Source of the DNA: Malacoraja senta
Lineage: Eukaryota
Direction of reading: 5' to 3'
Length of the DNA: 64,000 nt
Assembly (NCBI GenBank): GCA_038087875.1
Contig: JAXLNO010000645.1
Span: 186,001-250,000, forward strand
Made by a program: the position numbers and the translations under genes. Positions 12,173 to 24,679 of the stretch are shown piece after piece; within the stretch, counting starts at the first letter, position 1, and each line of letters starts with the position of its first letter. The notes under the pieces were generated by a model. That model made no database searches. It was not told the origin of the DNA and saw only the letters and a program-made list of their open reading frames with translations.

Positions 12173-12847
12173 AAACGTTTTATTCCATCATAAATAATAG
12201 TATCCTAAATAATAATAGAAACGTTTACTTCCTTGCACATGAATTCACAATACAGTTCTACCACAGAACAACAAAGTTGCTGTATTATCAACCCTTTAAA
12301 TTTCCCAAATGTAGTTACTTGGTATCAAGCTAAAATGAATTCACGAACGCTCTACTCATTTGCTTCGATGTATTTTAAATACTTCCCTTGAAAAATACAG
12401 ATCCGTAAATTATCGGCAGTAACAGAGACAGAGATACTGAGCACACTGGATGGAACCCAATGACTATTAACACCAAACATGAAAAATGGGAGTTAAAATT
12501 GATCAGGTTGTCACAACCCCAAAAGCCATCATTTTGCCCATCATGTCCAAAACTGATCTTTAATTTGAACTGTTCACATGTTTATTTATAAAGGGGTAAA
12601 TTCAGTAAAATGACAAATATTGCTGTACTTGCCAAACTTGTCAGTGATTTCCAAAAGTATACTTCTGTCTCTATTGATGTCATTTTACTTTTAATATTAG
12701 AAATTGAACATGTGCCTGATATAATGCTTTCTCCTTGTATGAGGCCATCCATCTCAGTCCATCTTGTAACGGCATGAAAATTGAGTTGAAGGCTTTTTCA
12801 GTTTAGCAAATCTCAGTATATATTTACCTTCTCAAAACTACTGAAGG

Positions 12848-13146
12848 CTTTAGATTTTCGAGATGCAGCAGGGAAACAGGCCCTTCGGCCCAATGAGTCC
12901 AGGCCGACCAGCGATCACCCTGGACACTATCCTGCACACTAGGGACAATTTACAATTTTTACCCAAGCCAATTAACCTGCAAACCTGTACGCCTTTGGAG
13001 TGTTGGAGGAAACAGTAGCACTCGGAGAAAATCCACATGGTCACGGGGAGAACGTACAAACTCGGTACAGACAGCACCAGTAGTCAGGATCGAACCTGGG
13101 TGTCTGGTGCTGTAAGGCAGCAACTCTACCACTGTGGCACTGTGCT
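12848..13146 (-). mobile_element. V-SINE (HE1-like)
   Basis: Reverse complement of the family at 5165-5455, with B-box ggttcgatcc. Confidence 0.8.
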
Positions 13147-13297
13147 CCCCCCCCATCCAAACAGAAAACTATTTTATTCAACCTTGGTAAGGCTTAAAAT
13201 TAATAGCAGCGTAAAATGTCGAGTGAACTCAAGCATTAAATTTCCACAGATATTTAAAATCAAAGATTAAACTGAAAGTGTCAGACTGAGCACATAC

Positions 13298-13404
13298 CCT
13301 AAGCTTTTGGCCAGCTGTGGTCTGCTTTGTCCATCCTTGATCCTCTCTTCGTCTCTGAAGTTCCCCCAGTTCCTCCTCCAGCTCCTGCAGTTCTGAGATC
13401 AAAT
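13298..13404 (-). pseudogene. GOLGB1: GOLGB1-like exon
   Basis: atccag|(D)LISELQELEEELGELQRRREDQGWTKQTTAGQKLR|gtatgt, 107 bp. Phase-1 start fits the previous exon. Confidence 0.7.
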
Positions 13405-14072
13405 CTGGATCAGAGCCGCAAGAAATAACCAGTTATCCTCAATCAGTTTTGTGCCACCAGATGACAAGTCATTCAGAAAGACAGCATGGACACAGACACA
13501 ATATAGACTGATTGGACCCTAGTGACCATCACTACCTTGTGGCTTCCCCAAGTTAAGGTGCTAGTTTCTGACTGGGCTAAAACACCTTGCAGCTGGCTGG
13601 CTGGGTTTAAATTTTAAAAGCTTGCAGTAACAAAGCTAAATTTACATCACTGGTATTCCATAGACAACTAATACCAATACTGATCTACGTTTTGATATTA
13701 TTTCAGTATATCTTCAGGAGAACCTGCAAATCCATGAATAAACTGAGTGAAGCCTGTGTAGTGACCATTTGGACAAAAAGGTAAGTGTTCTACCTTTGTA
13801 ATTACCAATGTAAATAAAGCTGGACAAAATTATTGTCAGCATGGATTTTGATGCTGAAAGTAAAAACGTTAGAATTCCAGCTTTAAAAAGTCGACAGTAG
13901 CCTTTGTCTCGACTGAAATATGGACAACAAACAGATCCTTAAATAGAGGTGCACCGACTTTCAAGTCATCAAGATCACTAATCAAGTCATTCACTTCTTA
14001 AATATTTTACATTAAAACAAAGTAAACTGCATGATTTGTTCCAAGTGTGAACCAGAGAGTACCACAATTTAC

Positions 14073-14217
14073 CTTCTCTTTCTTCCTCAAGTTGCCTCAT
14101 TCTTAATTCCATGACAGTCCTCTCATCGTTGTCATGGCTCGGTGTTGGCTTATAAACCATTTCTCGCCACTTCATCAGGCAGCTGTGCAGTTCCTCTGCA
14201 GATTCAGATTCATTTGT
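14073..14217 (-). pseudogene. GOLGB1: GOLGB1-like exon
   Basis: ctgtag|TNESESAEELHSCLMKWREMV...MELRMRQLEEERE|gtaaat, 145 bp, phase 0 to 1. Confidence 0.75.
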
Positions 14218-14889
14218 CTACAGACACATTACACACAAAGCAACATCATCCACTCATCTAACTGGCCAATTAGATGCTTGCTGCCATAAGAAACAGAAGC
14301 ACTGAGACATGATACAAGAGTAATGATTCTGTATGTTTGCCTCCCGGACATATTTGATTCACAAAATAGCAAGCTGATTTGTAGTTTAGAGTTATTCAGC
14401 AAGATGACCAGAGGTGTGACCAGCATTAAAAAGTGAATTTCATGGTGAAAAATATAGTTTATAAAAGTTTACCCTTTTTTATTCTCTGCTGGAAATGATT
14501 TGATGATTTCAGTGATTTTCAGATATAAGTAAATTTATTTTAATTGTCTTTAAGATAAATGAACCATTGGGCAATGAAGCACTGACTTGTTCCTTTTAAT
14601 GTATACCTTCAAGACATATTGTTACATGTCATTGGAATTGCAAGTTGTAGAATTGGATAATTGGAAACTTTTATTACATAAAATCAGCCCTTGAGCCTTA
14701 TTCGTTCTATCAAGTGATCATGGCTGATTAGATCTTTGATCTAAACATTTACCTAATCCCCATAACCCTCAATTTTCCTGCAGAGTAAAAGTCTAGCTGG
14801 CTAACCCTTGAATATACTGAATGGTTGTCCACCCACAGCTCTGGAGGGTAAAGAATTCAAAAGATTCTCAACCCTCAGAGGAGAAATGT

Positions 14890-17800
14890 CAAGTATTTTG
14901 GATCCGTCTTCACCGAGGAGGACACAAACTATCTTCCTGATGTACTAGTGGCCAGAGGATCTGGGGTGACGGAGACACTGAAGGAAATCCACATTAGGAT
15001 GGAAATGGTGTTGGGTAGACTGATGGGACTGAAGGCTGATCAATCCCCAGGGCCTGATGGTCTGCATCCCAGGGTACATTCAGAGACCAGCAGAGGAGGA
15101 CAAAGGGCTTAATTAGGAAAGGGAAAATAGATTATGAAATAAAACTGGCAGGGAAAATAAAAACTGACTGCAAAAGTTTTTATAGATATGTTAAAAGAAA
15201 GAGATTAGTTAAAACAAATGTAGGTCCCTTGCAGTCAGAAACAGGTGAGTTGATCATGGGGAACAAGGATATGGCAGACCAATTGAATAACTACTTTGGT
15301 TCCGTCTTCACTGAGGAAGACATAAATAATCTGTCGGAAATAGCAGGGGACCGCGGGTCAAAGGAGTTGGAGGAATTGAGTGAAATCCAGGATAGTCGGG
15401 AAGTGGTGTTGGGTAAATTGAATGGATTAAAGCCCGATAAATCCCCAGGGCCAGATAGGCTGCATCCCAGAGTACTTAAGGAAGTAGCTCCAGAAATAGT
15501 GGATGCATTAGTAATAATCTTTCAAAACTCTTTAGATTCTGGAGTAGTTCCTGAGGATTTGCGGGTAGCAAACGTAACCCCACTTTTTAAGAATGGAGGG
15601 AGAGAGAAAACGGGGAATTACAGACCAGTTAGTCTAACATCGGTAGTGGGGAAACTGCTAGAGTCAGTTATTAAAGATGGCATAGCAGCACATTTGGAAA
15701 GTGGTGAAATCATTGGACAAAGTCAGCATGGATTTACGAAAGGTAAATCATGTCTGACGAATCTTATAGAATTTTTCGAGGATGTAACTAGTAGCGTGGA
15801 TAAGGGAGAACCAGTGGATGTGGTGTATCTGGACTTCCAGAAGGCATTCGACAAGGTCCCACATAAGAGATTAGTATACAAACTTAAAGCACATGGCATT
15901 GGGGGTTCAGTATTGATGTGGATAGAGAACTAGCTGGCAAACAGGAAGCAAAGAGTAGGAGTAAACGGGTCCTTTTCACTATGGCAGGCAGTGACTAGTG
16001 GGGTACCGCAAGGCTCAGTGCTGGGACCCCAGCTATTTACAATATATATTAATGATCTGGATGAGGGAATTGAAGGCAATATCTCCAAGTTTGCGGATGA
16101 CACTAAGCTGGGGGGCAGTGTTAGCTGTGAGGAGGATGCTAGGAGACTGCAAGGTGACTTGGATACGCTGGGTGAGTGGGCAAATGTTTGGCAGATGCAG
16201 TATAATGTGGATAAATGTGAGGTTATCCATTTTGGTGGCAAAAACAGGAAAGCAGACTATTATCTAAATGGTGGCCGACTAGGAAAAGGGGAGATGCAGC
16301 GAGACCTGGGTGTCATGGTACACCAGTCATTGAAAGTAGGCATGCAGGTGCAGCAGGCAGTGAAGAAAGCGAATGGTATGTTAGCTTTCATAGCAAAAGG
16401 ATTTGAGTATAGGAGCAGGGAGGTTCTACTGCAGTTGTACAGGGTCTTGGTGAGACCACACCTGGAGTATTGCGTGCAGTTTTGGTCTCCAAATCTGAGG
16501 AAGGACATTATTGCCATAGAGGGAGTGCAGAGAAGGTTCACCAGACTGATTCCTGGGTTGTCAGGACTGTCTTATGAAGAAAGACTGGATAGACTTGGTT
16601 TATACTCTCTAGAATTTAAGAGATTGAGAGGGGATCTTATAGAAACTTACAAAATTGTTAAGGGGTTGGACAGGCTAAATGCAGGAAGATTGCTCCCGAT
16701 GTTGGGGAAGTCCAGGACAAGGGGTCACAGCTTAAGGATAAGGGGGAAATCCTTTAAAACCGAGATGAGAAGATCTTTTTTCACACAGAGAGTGGTGAAT
16801 CTCTGGAACTCTCTGCCACAGAGGGTAGTCGAGCCCAGTTCATTGGCTATATTTAAGAGGGAGTTAGATGTGGCCCTTGTGGCTAAAGGGATCAGAGGGT
16901 ATGGAGAGAAGGCAGGTACGGGATACTGAGTTGGATGATCAGCCATGATCATATTGAATGGCGGTGCAGGCTCGAAGGGCCGAATGGCCTACTCCTGCAC
17001 CTAATTTCTATGTTTCTATGTACTTAAGAAAGTGGTTCTAGAAATCATGGACACATTGGTGTTAATTTTTCAATGTTCTATAGATTCAGGATCAGTTCCT
17101 GTGGATTAGAGTGTAGCTAATGTTACCCCAATTTATAAGAAAGGCGGGAGAGAGAAAACAGGGAATTATAGACCAGTTAACCTGACATTGATGGTGGAGA
17201 AGATGCTGGAGTCAATTATAAAAAATGATATAGCAGCATATTTGGATAGCAGTAACAGGATCAGGCCAAGTTAGCATGGATTTACGAAGGGGAAATCATG
17301 CTTGACTAATCTTCAGGAATGTTTTGAGGATGTAACTTGGAAAATGGACAAGGAAGAGCCAGTGGATGTAGTGTACCTGGACTTTCAGAAACCATTAGAC
17401 AGGGTAAAATATGATAGGAGATTAGTGGGCAAAATTAGGGAACATGGTATTGGGTCTAGAGTGCTGACATGGCTAGAAAATTGGTTGGCAGACAGGTAGC
17501 AAAGAGTAGGGATTAGCGGGTCGCTTTCAGAATGGCAGGCAGTGGCGAGTGGGGTACTGCAAGGCTCTGCGCAGCTATTTACAATATACATCAATGATTT
17601 AGATGAAGGGATTCAAAGTAACATTAGCAAATTTGCAGATGACACAAAGCTGGGTGGCAGTGTGAATTGTAAGGAGGATGGTATGAGAATGCAGGGTGAC
17701 TTGGACAGGTTGGGGGAGTGGGCAGATGCATGGCAGATGCATTTTAATGTGAATAAATGTGAGGTTATCCACTTTGGTAGCAAAAACAGGAAGGCAGATT

Positions 17801-18485
17801 ATTATCTAAATGGTGTCAAGTTGGGGAAAGGGAAAGTACAACGGGATCCGGGGGTCCTTGTTCATCAGTCAATGAAAGTAAGCATGCACGTACAGCAGGC
17901 AGTGAAGAAAGCAAATGGCATGTTTGCCTTCACAACAAGAGGAGTTGAGTATAGGAGCAAAGAGGTCCTTCTGCAATTGTATAGGGCCCTAGTGAGACCA
18001 TACCTGGAGAACTGTGTACAGTTTTGGTCCCATAATTTGAGGAACTCCATTCTTGCTATTGAGGGAGTGCAGCGTATGTTTACAAGGTTAATTCCGGGGA
18101 TGGCGGGACAGTCATATGCTGAGAGAATGGAGCAGCTAGGTTGTATACTCTGGAGTTTAGAAGGATGAGAGGAGATCTTATTGAAACATATAAGATTATT
18201 AACGGTTTGGACACACTAGAGGCAGGAAACATGTTCCCGATGTTGGGGGAGTCCAGAACCAGGGGCCACAGTTTAAGAATAAGGGGTAAGTCATTTAGAG
18301 CAGAGACGTGGAAACACTTTTTCACACAGAGAGTTGTGAGTCTGTGGAATTCTCTGCCTCAGAAGGAGATGGTGGCCGGTTCCCTGGATACTTTCAGGAA
18401 CGAGCTAGAAAGAGCTCTTAAAGATAGCGGAGTCAGGGGATATAGGGAGAAGGCAGGAACGGGCTACTGATTGGGGATGATCAGA
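14890..18485 (+). mobile_element. Older 5'-truncated CR1 LINE (14890-15077 plus 17024-18485) split by a younger CR1
   Basis: SPGPDGLHPRV continues as LKKV after the insert. RT motifs YLDFQK and KFADD with stops. Confidence 0.85.
15078..17019 (+). mobile_element. Younger 5'-truncated CR1 LINE (RT) with (TTTCTATG)n tail and GTAC TSD
   Basis: ORFs 15229-15933 and 15991-16929 are in frame across one stop. GTAC at 15074-15077 and 17020-17023. Confidence 0.9.
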
Positions 18486-18976
18486 GGTGAGAGGAGAAGG
18501 CAGGAGAATGGGGTTAGGAGGGAGTAATTGATCAGCCATGATTGAATGGTGGGGTAGACTTGATGGGCCGAATGACCTAATTCTACTCCTATTCCTTATG
18601 ACCGTATAATATTAATAGGTAAAATTACCCAAACTAGATTAAAAAGTCTGGAACTTCCCCAACCACACTAGCTAATTCAGTAGACTTTCTCCATGTCCAA
18701 GGTGTGTGGTAATGCATACAGAAACCATCTGGTGTGGAAGCAAATAGCACCCCTCAAATGCAAGCATCAATCCAAAAAGTAAGGATGATAATAGAAAAGA
18801 GCAAAATAAAAACTTACTTAAATGATCCATTTAAAAAATAATCTGAATAAGCAACATAAAATACAATGTAATATTAATTAGCAGGATACTTGAGACGGTT
18901 GAATCTGTGCAGAATGCGCGCACTTGGAATTAAGATTGTACATGGAGGAATTAAATGCAGCACAAATTCTCCCAAC

Positions 18977-19068
18977 CAGGGAAGTTGCTCCCTTGGTAGC
19001 TTGTTCTAAATCTGCTTGCATTTTCTGTTGTTGCTCTTCATATTGTTCCAATTTTGCTTGAAGATCCT
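18977..19068 (-). pseudogene. GOLGB1: GOLGB1-like exon
   Basis: ttctcag|(E)DLQAKLEQYEEQQQKMQADLEQATKGATSL|gttggg, 92 bp, phase 1 to 0. Confidence 0.75.
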
Positions 19069-19103
19069 CTGAGAAAACACGTATCACCATTTAAATAATG
19101 AGA

Positions 19104-19590
19104 AGGAAGAAGGGTCACGACCCGAAACGTCACCCATTCTTTCTCTCCAGAGATGCTGCCTGTCCCGCTGACTTATTGCAGCTTTGTGTGTCTATCTTCG
19201 GTTTAAACCAGCAACTGTAGTTCCTTCTTACACAAGAGAATGAAGCATCTCTAACCAAATAACCCTTCCATTCTCTCTCTCTCTCTCTGTCTCTCCACCA
19301 CCCTAGTCCTCTTGCTAATTTCACCATTTGTATTCCTTCATTATCACCTCATCCCCAGCCAACCATGGACCATTGTCAGCTCCACCCTCCCCGAGTCATC
19401 GATGCAGGCTCTGCTTTGTTCTGTACCTCCCCATACCTCTAATTTCCCCCTCCCTGACTCTCAGTCTGATTAAGGGTCTTGATCCGAAACATCACCTATT
19501 CTTTTCTCCAGAGATGCTGCCTGGCCTGCTGACTGCAGCATTTTGTGTCTATCTTCGGTGTAAACCAGCATCCCCAGTTCCTTCTTACCC
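19104..19590 (+). mobile_element. Non-autonomous Penelope-type element with two direct repeats, each starting with a degenerate hammerhead motif
   Basis: 19108-19232 matches 19470-19588 (aagggtc..ga.ccgaaac.tcacc...agagatgctgcctg...gttccttcttac). Confidence 0.7.
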
Positions 19591-19615
19591 AATTAAAATC
19601 ATACCATACACACAC

Positions 19616-19715
19616 CATTTTGTGCCTCGACGTGTTGTAGCCAGTTCACTTTCAGGTGTAACTGTTCGCTCTCCTCTTCCAAGTCAACCGCTATGTCTTT
19701 GAGCTCCAGCATCTC
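19616..19715 (-). pseudogene. GOLGB1: GOLGB1-like exon
   Basis: cggcag|EMLELKDIAVDLEEESEQLHLKVNWLQHVEAQN|gtgtgt, 100 bp, phase 0 to 1. Confidence 0.7.
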
Positions 19716-20283
19716 CTGCCGTGAAGGTACAATCTGGGTAGAAATAAGTTTAGTGTCAATTATAGCCAAGGGATTTCTGTTGTTCAGTAAAATAGTCACC
19801 ATTCAAATTCTAAATTAAATATTTTGCTTTATGACTCTATAGACAGGTAAGACTAGTGTAGATGGGGCTCGTTGGTCAGTGTGGGCAAGTTGGGCTGAAG
19901 GGCCTGTTTCTGAACAGTATGACTCTCTAAATAATTTTAGCATGTATTATACTTTTAATGTGCCATTGCCGACGGCAACATTCTACCACAACTATATTAT
20001 GATTGAATTTTCCTACAGGCTCACGTCTATCCCATGTCACTTACTCTTCAGAAAGGGGTTCTACACGGAATGGAGTGAGCAGTGAAATGTAGGCAAGCAC
20101 TCCTTCATACAGTTGGGCCCAGATTAAAAATTGGTTCCCACAATGCTTCAACAACTCACGCAATAACATACCATCAATTTTCCTTTTTTTTATAAGACAA
20201 AGTCATTTAATTCTAGGTAAATGGCAAACAGATTAATATTCAGTTAATCGTCACCAGGCACAAGAGTTTTTTATTTGGGGTAC

Positions 20284-20399
20284 CTGTACATTTTCCAGCT
20301 CCTCTTCAATCTGCTTGATTTGCGATTTGGACTGAGCTTCCATTGTAATGAACCTGGCCTCTGATTTTTCAGCCTCTAGCATCATAAGCCGCACTTGTT
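20284..20399 (-). pseudogene. GOLGB1: GOLGB1-like exon
   Basis: cttaaag|(E)QVRLMMLEAEKSEARFITMEAQSKSQIKQIEEELENVQ|gtaccc, 116 bp, phase 1 to 0. Confidence 0.75.
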
Positions 20400-21061
20400 C
20401 TTTAAGAAAGAGAAAGGAAAAAACACCCGTAAAGATCTGATATTTGTTGCAAAAAAAAGCAACACCTCCATAATTTGCAATTGTTTCCACCGCAGTTTAT
20501 GGCAATCAGTGAAAATCATCTGTTCTACTAATTACCAGCATTTGAAATCATAAAATATCCTTGAAATGCTACAATTCATTAAAGCTTGAAGATTTGTAAG
20601 GCAAAATGGTAATTCCATATACATATTTACCCAATGATAAATTCCACTAGTGAGAAAAGATTAGAAGCTTGAATAAAGCTCCACAGAAAATGTGTCTCCT
20701 CAGCAACATTTTGGAAATTAAGGTATAAAGTTACTTAATCCCAAACAAACAAAATGATCATTCTCCACTGGCTCCATTAAAACCCTTATTTTTTTTTAAA
20801 TTACTCCAATTAAATATCCTCTTCTGCGGCTAAATAGTCTGTCTACACCATCATTGTATTTTGTCCCTGGTTTCACCCTCTCTTCCGTAAACTGTCATGC
20901 AAACACAGCTCAAGTCTCACAGAGAGAAGACATTCATGGAGTTAATGAAATGTCCTGGTTGCTCTGTGGTCTTCTCATTAAAAGCTATTTGAAATTAAAA
21001 TACTTTGATGTACCATTTCCGGCAAGGGCATTGTGAATGGTAAAATGTCTTCACATGATTT

Positions 21062-21345
21062 TATTTAGAGATACAGCGTGGAAACAGGCCCTTCGATCAC
21101 TTGTATGTGCTGACCAATGATCCTCGCACACTCACATTATCCTACACACACTAGGGATAATTTACCATCAACCCGTCAATTAACCTACAAACCTGTACGT
21201 CTTTGGAGTGTGAGGAAACCGGAGCACTCGGACCCACGGAGTCACAGGGAGAACATACAAACTCCATACAGACAAGCACCACAGTCAGGATCAAACCCAG
21301 GTCTCTGCCGCTGAAAGGTAGCAACTCCACCGCTGCGCCACCAGG
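21062..21345 (-). mobile_element. V-SINE (HE1-like)
   Basis: Same family as 12848-13146. Confidence 0.75.
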
Positions 21346-21845
21346 CACCCTTCACAATGTCAATGTTTTAACTATCAGCATCCTCTCAAATTAAAATTCA
21401 GTGATAGCGAAGTTTAAAGGATTCAAGAAGAGAATGTTTTGAAAAGCATCTGTACGAGTCTGTCCAATTGACTACTGTGTGTTCCTGTCAGCCATTTGGC
21501 AGACTCTCACAAATGCTTCACAAAGAATTCTTTTCTTGAATCTTTAAACATCACTATCTTCTGATCAAGGAAACTGACCAGAATACCTGAGTGAAAAAAC
21601 TTAGATTACACACTACTTTTCCTGATCACTGAACGTACCAACCCATTTACCAACCAATGAAGTATATTTTTAAGTGTGATCAGTGATAAAATATGGGAAT
21701 TACAACAACCAATTTGCATACACAAAATCTCATAAGGTTACAGAGACGAGATAATTACACAGCAGGTGACGACAGATGTACAAATCTGCGGTAGGAACAT
21801 TTATGGCCAACCAAAAATATTAACAGGTCAACTTTGAGTAATTAC

Positions 21846-22174
21846 CTTCCAGTTCTCCAATCTTCTGTTTGGTGTAATAATTTAAAGAACAAGTTGCCTG
21901 TTCTGCAAGAGGTGCACAGGCATGAGATCGTAATAGTTGCAGATCTTTGGTAAGTTGTAAACACCACTGATCTTTCTGTGATGTTTCTTCAGCATGTTTC
22001 TCACTGATTTTAGGGAGCTGCGAGCTGTGTTTTTTTCTGTTGAGATTCTTTAAATCTGCCTCGTTCTTTTCCGTCAGATTTCGGACCTTGGTTCTCATTA
22101 TGTTTTTCAGCCAGAAGCTTGTCCTTGAGTTTTTCATTTTCAATCTCAACCACGCTCAAATCTTCAACTAACTC
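21846..22174 (-). pseudogene. GOLGB1: GOLGB1-like exon with internal frameshift
   Basis: ttttttag|ELVEDLSVVEIENEKLKDKLLAEK then a frame change to IMRTKVRNLTEKNEADL...KIGELE|gtaatt. 329 bp is incompatible with the flanking phases. Confidence 0.75.
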
Positions 22175-22227
22175 CTAAAAAATTAAAAATAGCCAAATGA
22201 AACTAAAGAGACTTTCGTGAGCCCTAT

Positions 22228-22803
22228 GGGCTTGTCCCACTTAGGCGATTTGTCGGGCGACTGTCAAGTTTCCGGCAGTCGCCTGAATAACCGGCAACTG
22301 GAACGGCGACTGTCAGAGTGGAACACACACATCGCTTCCTTCACCAGCCCATTATACAGGCGGGAGACAGGGCAAGCGGGGGGAGCGCTGTCTGAGTGAA
22401 ATTCACACGATGCAAAACCAAGGTGATACAGACACGCACCGCGATGAACAGGAAGGTTGGCGCTGTAATTAAGACGGCTAAAGCACAGTGTCCTTTAAAA
22501 GAGGGGGGGAGAAGGGGGTGAAGGAGTGGAGACACATTTTAAGAAGCCAGAGATACACGTCTGTAAAGCACGGCGGACATTAACATTACTGGTCGGTTAT
22601 CCTTGGTTCTCAAAACTACTGCTTACATTTCCCCCCCAATAAGCCAATGAAATTCACCGGTCAGCACCGGCTATAACCTGCAAGAACCTTCGAACTCCTG
22701 TCAACTCATTAGGACCTCCTGGCGACCCACCTACGGCACGAGAATTCTCGCTACTCTCCATGGCGGCGTCATTCCAGTCGCCGCTAATTTTTCAACATTC
22801 AAC
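22228..22803. mobile_element. Truncated PIF/Harbinger-type MITE
   Basis: Starts gggcttgtcccac, matching the terminus gggcctgtcccac at 60414. No right TIR seen. Confidence 0.5.
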
Positions 22804-22804
22804 A

Positions 22805-23786
22805 TGGGGAGGGGGGATGTGGGGGAGAGGAGATGTGGGGGAGTGGGGGGGGCTATGGGGGAGGGCGGTGTGGGGGAGGGGCGATGGGGTGCGGGGTGGG
22901 TTGTGGGGGAGGGGGCTGTGTGGGGGAGGGGGTGGTGTGGGGGAGGGGGCGTGGGGTGTGGGGAGGGGGGTGGGTTGTGGGGGAGGGGGCGGTGTGGGGA
23001 GGGTGAGGGGCGGTGTGGGGAGTGGGGTGTGTGGGGGAGGGGGGATGTGGGGGAGGGGGGCGGTGAGGGGAAGGGGGGTGGGGGAGGGGGCGGTGTGGGG
23101 GATGGGGGTGTGTGGGGAGGGGGGATGTGGGAGAGGGGGTGGTATGGGGGAGGTTGAGGGGCGGTGTGTGGGAGGTTGAGGGGCGGTGTGCGGGAGTGGG
23201 GTGTGTGGGGAGGGGGGATGTGGGGCAGGGGGCGGTGTGGGGGAGGGGGGATGTGGGGAGAGGGCGGAGTGGGGGAGGGGGGATGTGGGGGAGGGGGCTG
23301 TGTGGGGGACGGGGCTGTGTGGGGGAGGGGGCTGTGTGGGGGATGTGGGTTGTGGGGGAGTGGGGTGTGTGGGTGAGGGCGGTTGTGGGGTAGGGGGCGG
23401 TGTGGGGGGGGATGTGGGTGAGAGGGCGGTGTGGGGGAGGGGTGGTGTGGGGGAGGGGGCGGTGTGGGGGAGGGGGCGGAGTGGGGGAGGGGGCGGAGTG
23501 GGGGAGGGGGCGGAGTGGGGGAGGGGGCGGAGTGGGGGAGGGGGCTGTATGGGGGACGGGGCTGTGTGGGGGAGGGGGCTGTGTGGGGAGGGGTCTTTGT
23601 GGTGGTGGGGGCTGTGTGGGGGAGGTGGAGGTGGGGGTGGGGTAGGGGCGGTGTGGGGGAGTGGGGTGTGGGGGAGGGCGGTTTGGGGGAGGGGGCTGTG
23701 TGGGGAGGGGGCTGTGTGGGGAGCGGGGGAGAGGGGGTTGGGGGTGTGTGGGCGAGGGTGGTGCTGTGGGGTTTGGGGGAGGGGGA
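22805..23786 (+). repeat. G-rich degenerate minisatellite (gggggagggggcggtgt-like), about 1 kb, G-quadruplex-prone
   Basis: Dense G4-G6 runs, all on the plus strand. Confidence 0.95.
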
Positions 23787-23964
23787 ATCTTCAAAACCTT
23801 CATAACTTTTGTACTATTTCATCGATCGGAACAAAACGTATTTGACTTGCAGCAGAGAAGGTGGCGAAAAAATTGTAGAACTAAATTTAATTACAACGCA
23901 GACAGGAAATGGTCAAGATGAGAGTTTTAGTAATACATATAGAATAGAATAGATAGAAGATAGA
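22805..23964 (-). mobile_element. Non-autonomous Helitron, 5' part (3' end missing)
   Basis: Reverse complement starts A|TCTATCTTC...TATTACTAAAACTCTCATCTTG, homologous to 61026-61190. Confidence 0.65.
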
Positions 23965-24363
23965 TATAATCAGTAGTGACACTGTTGCATTATAATCAAG
24001 AGTTCATGTGTTGTTGGCATCTTAAATAGGAGATCTCTTCTGATCTTGGTCACGGCAGAAAAAAATTGTGGTACAGATCAGCAATGCCAACAACCTGTCA
24101 TAACCAGAATGACAATACTGCAAGGTTCCACATAAACTGTGACACTGCACTATAACACATCATAAAAGGGTTGATTTAGATAAAAAGAATGGGAAGATTT
24201 ATACAAAAGAATATCTTCACATATTTTCATATTTACAGATTTATTCCAAGAGGCTCCCTGCTATTTTTATTTCACTGCCAGTTACAACAAAATCCCTTAG
24301 CTGGTTGAAGAGATCTTTCCCTGTAACAGAGATTCACACAGCAGCAAACAATGATTTCCTTAC

Positions 24364-24475
24364 CTTGCTCCCGATTCTTCCCATCAAGCTTTTTCTGCAA
24401 CACATCCACAGGTTGTGTCCTTTCTAATAGTGCCTCTTCGTTTTCAAAGAGTATTTCCTTGAGGTTTTCCAACAA
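24364..24475 (-). pseudogene. GOLGB1: GOLGB1-like exon, triplicated copy 1 (112 bp, frame-breaking)
   Basis: cctcag|LLENLKEILFENEEALLERTQPVDVLQKKLDGKNREQ|gtaagg. Confidence 0.75.
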
Positions 24476-24679
24476 CTGAGGAAGTTAACAGGTGATTAAT
24501 ACTTCCTAACAGTGATAAATCTGGGCAATCTAGAATGGAAATCACACACACGCAACATTTGTAATTCAACTGCACCAATAGTCAGGTCTTCAATTCCACC
24601 TTGGTATAAATACATTAAGATTAAAATGATCATTAATGAAATCAGGGGATGAAATCATTACTTTGCATTCAATTAAACA

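Noticed and set aside
15930..16952. Antisense ORFs recurring over CR1 copies
   Set aside because: Shadows of the ORF2 frame that recur because the element is repeated.
22760..23921. Gly-rich and Pro-rich ORFs up to 316 aa
   Set aside because: Artefacts of a stop-free G-rich repeat, open in nearly all frames.
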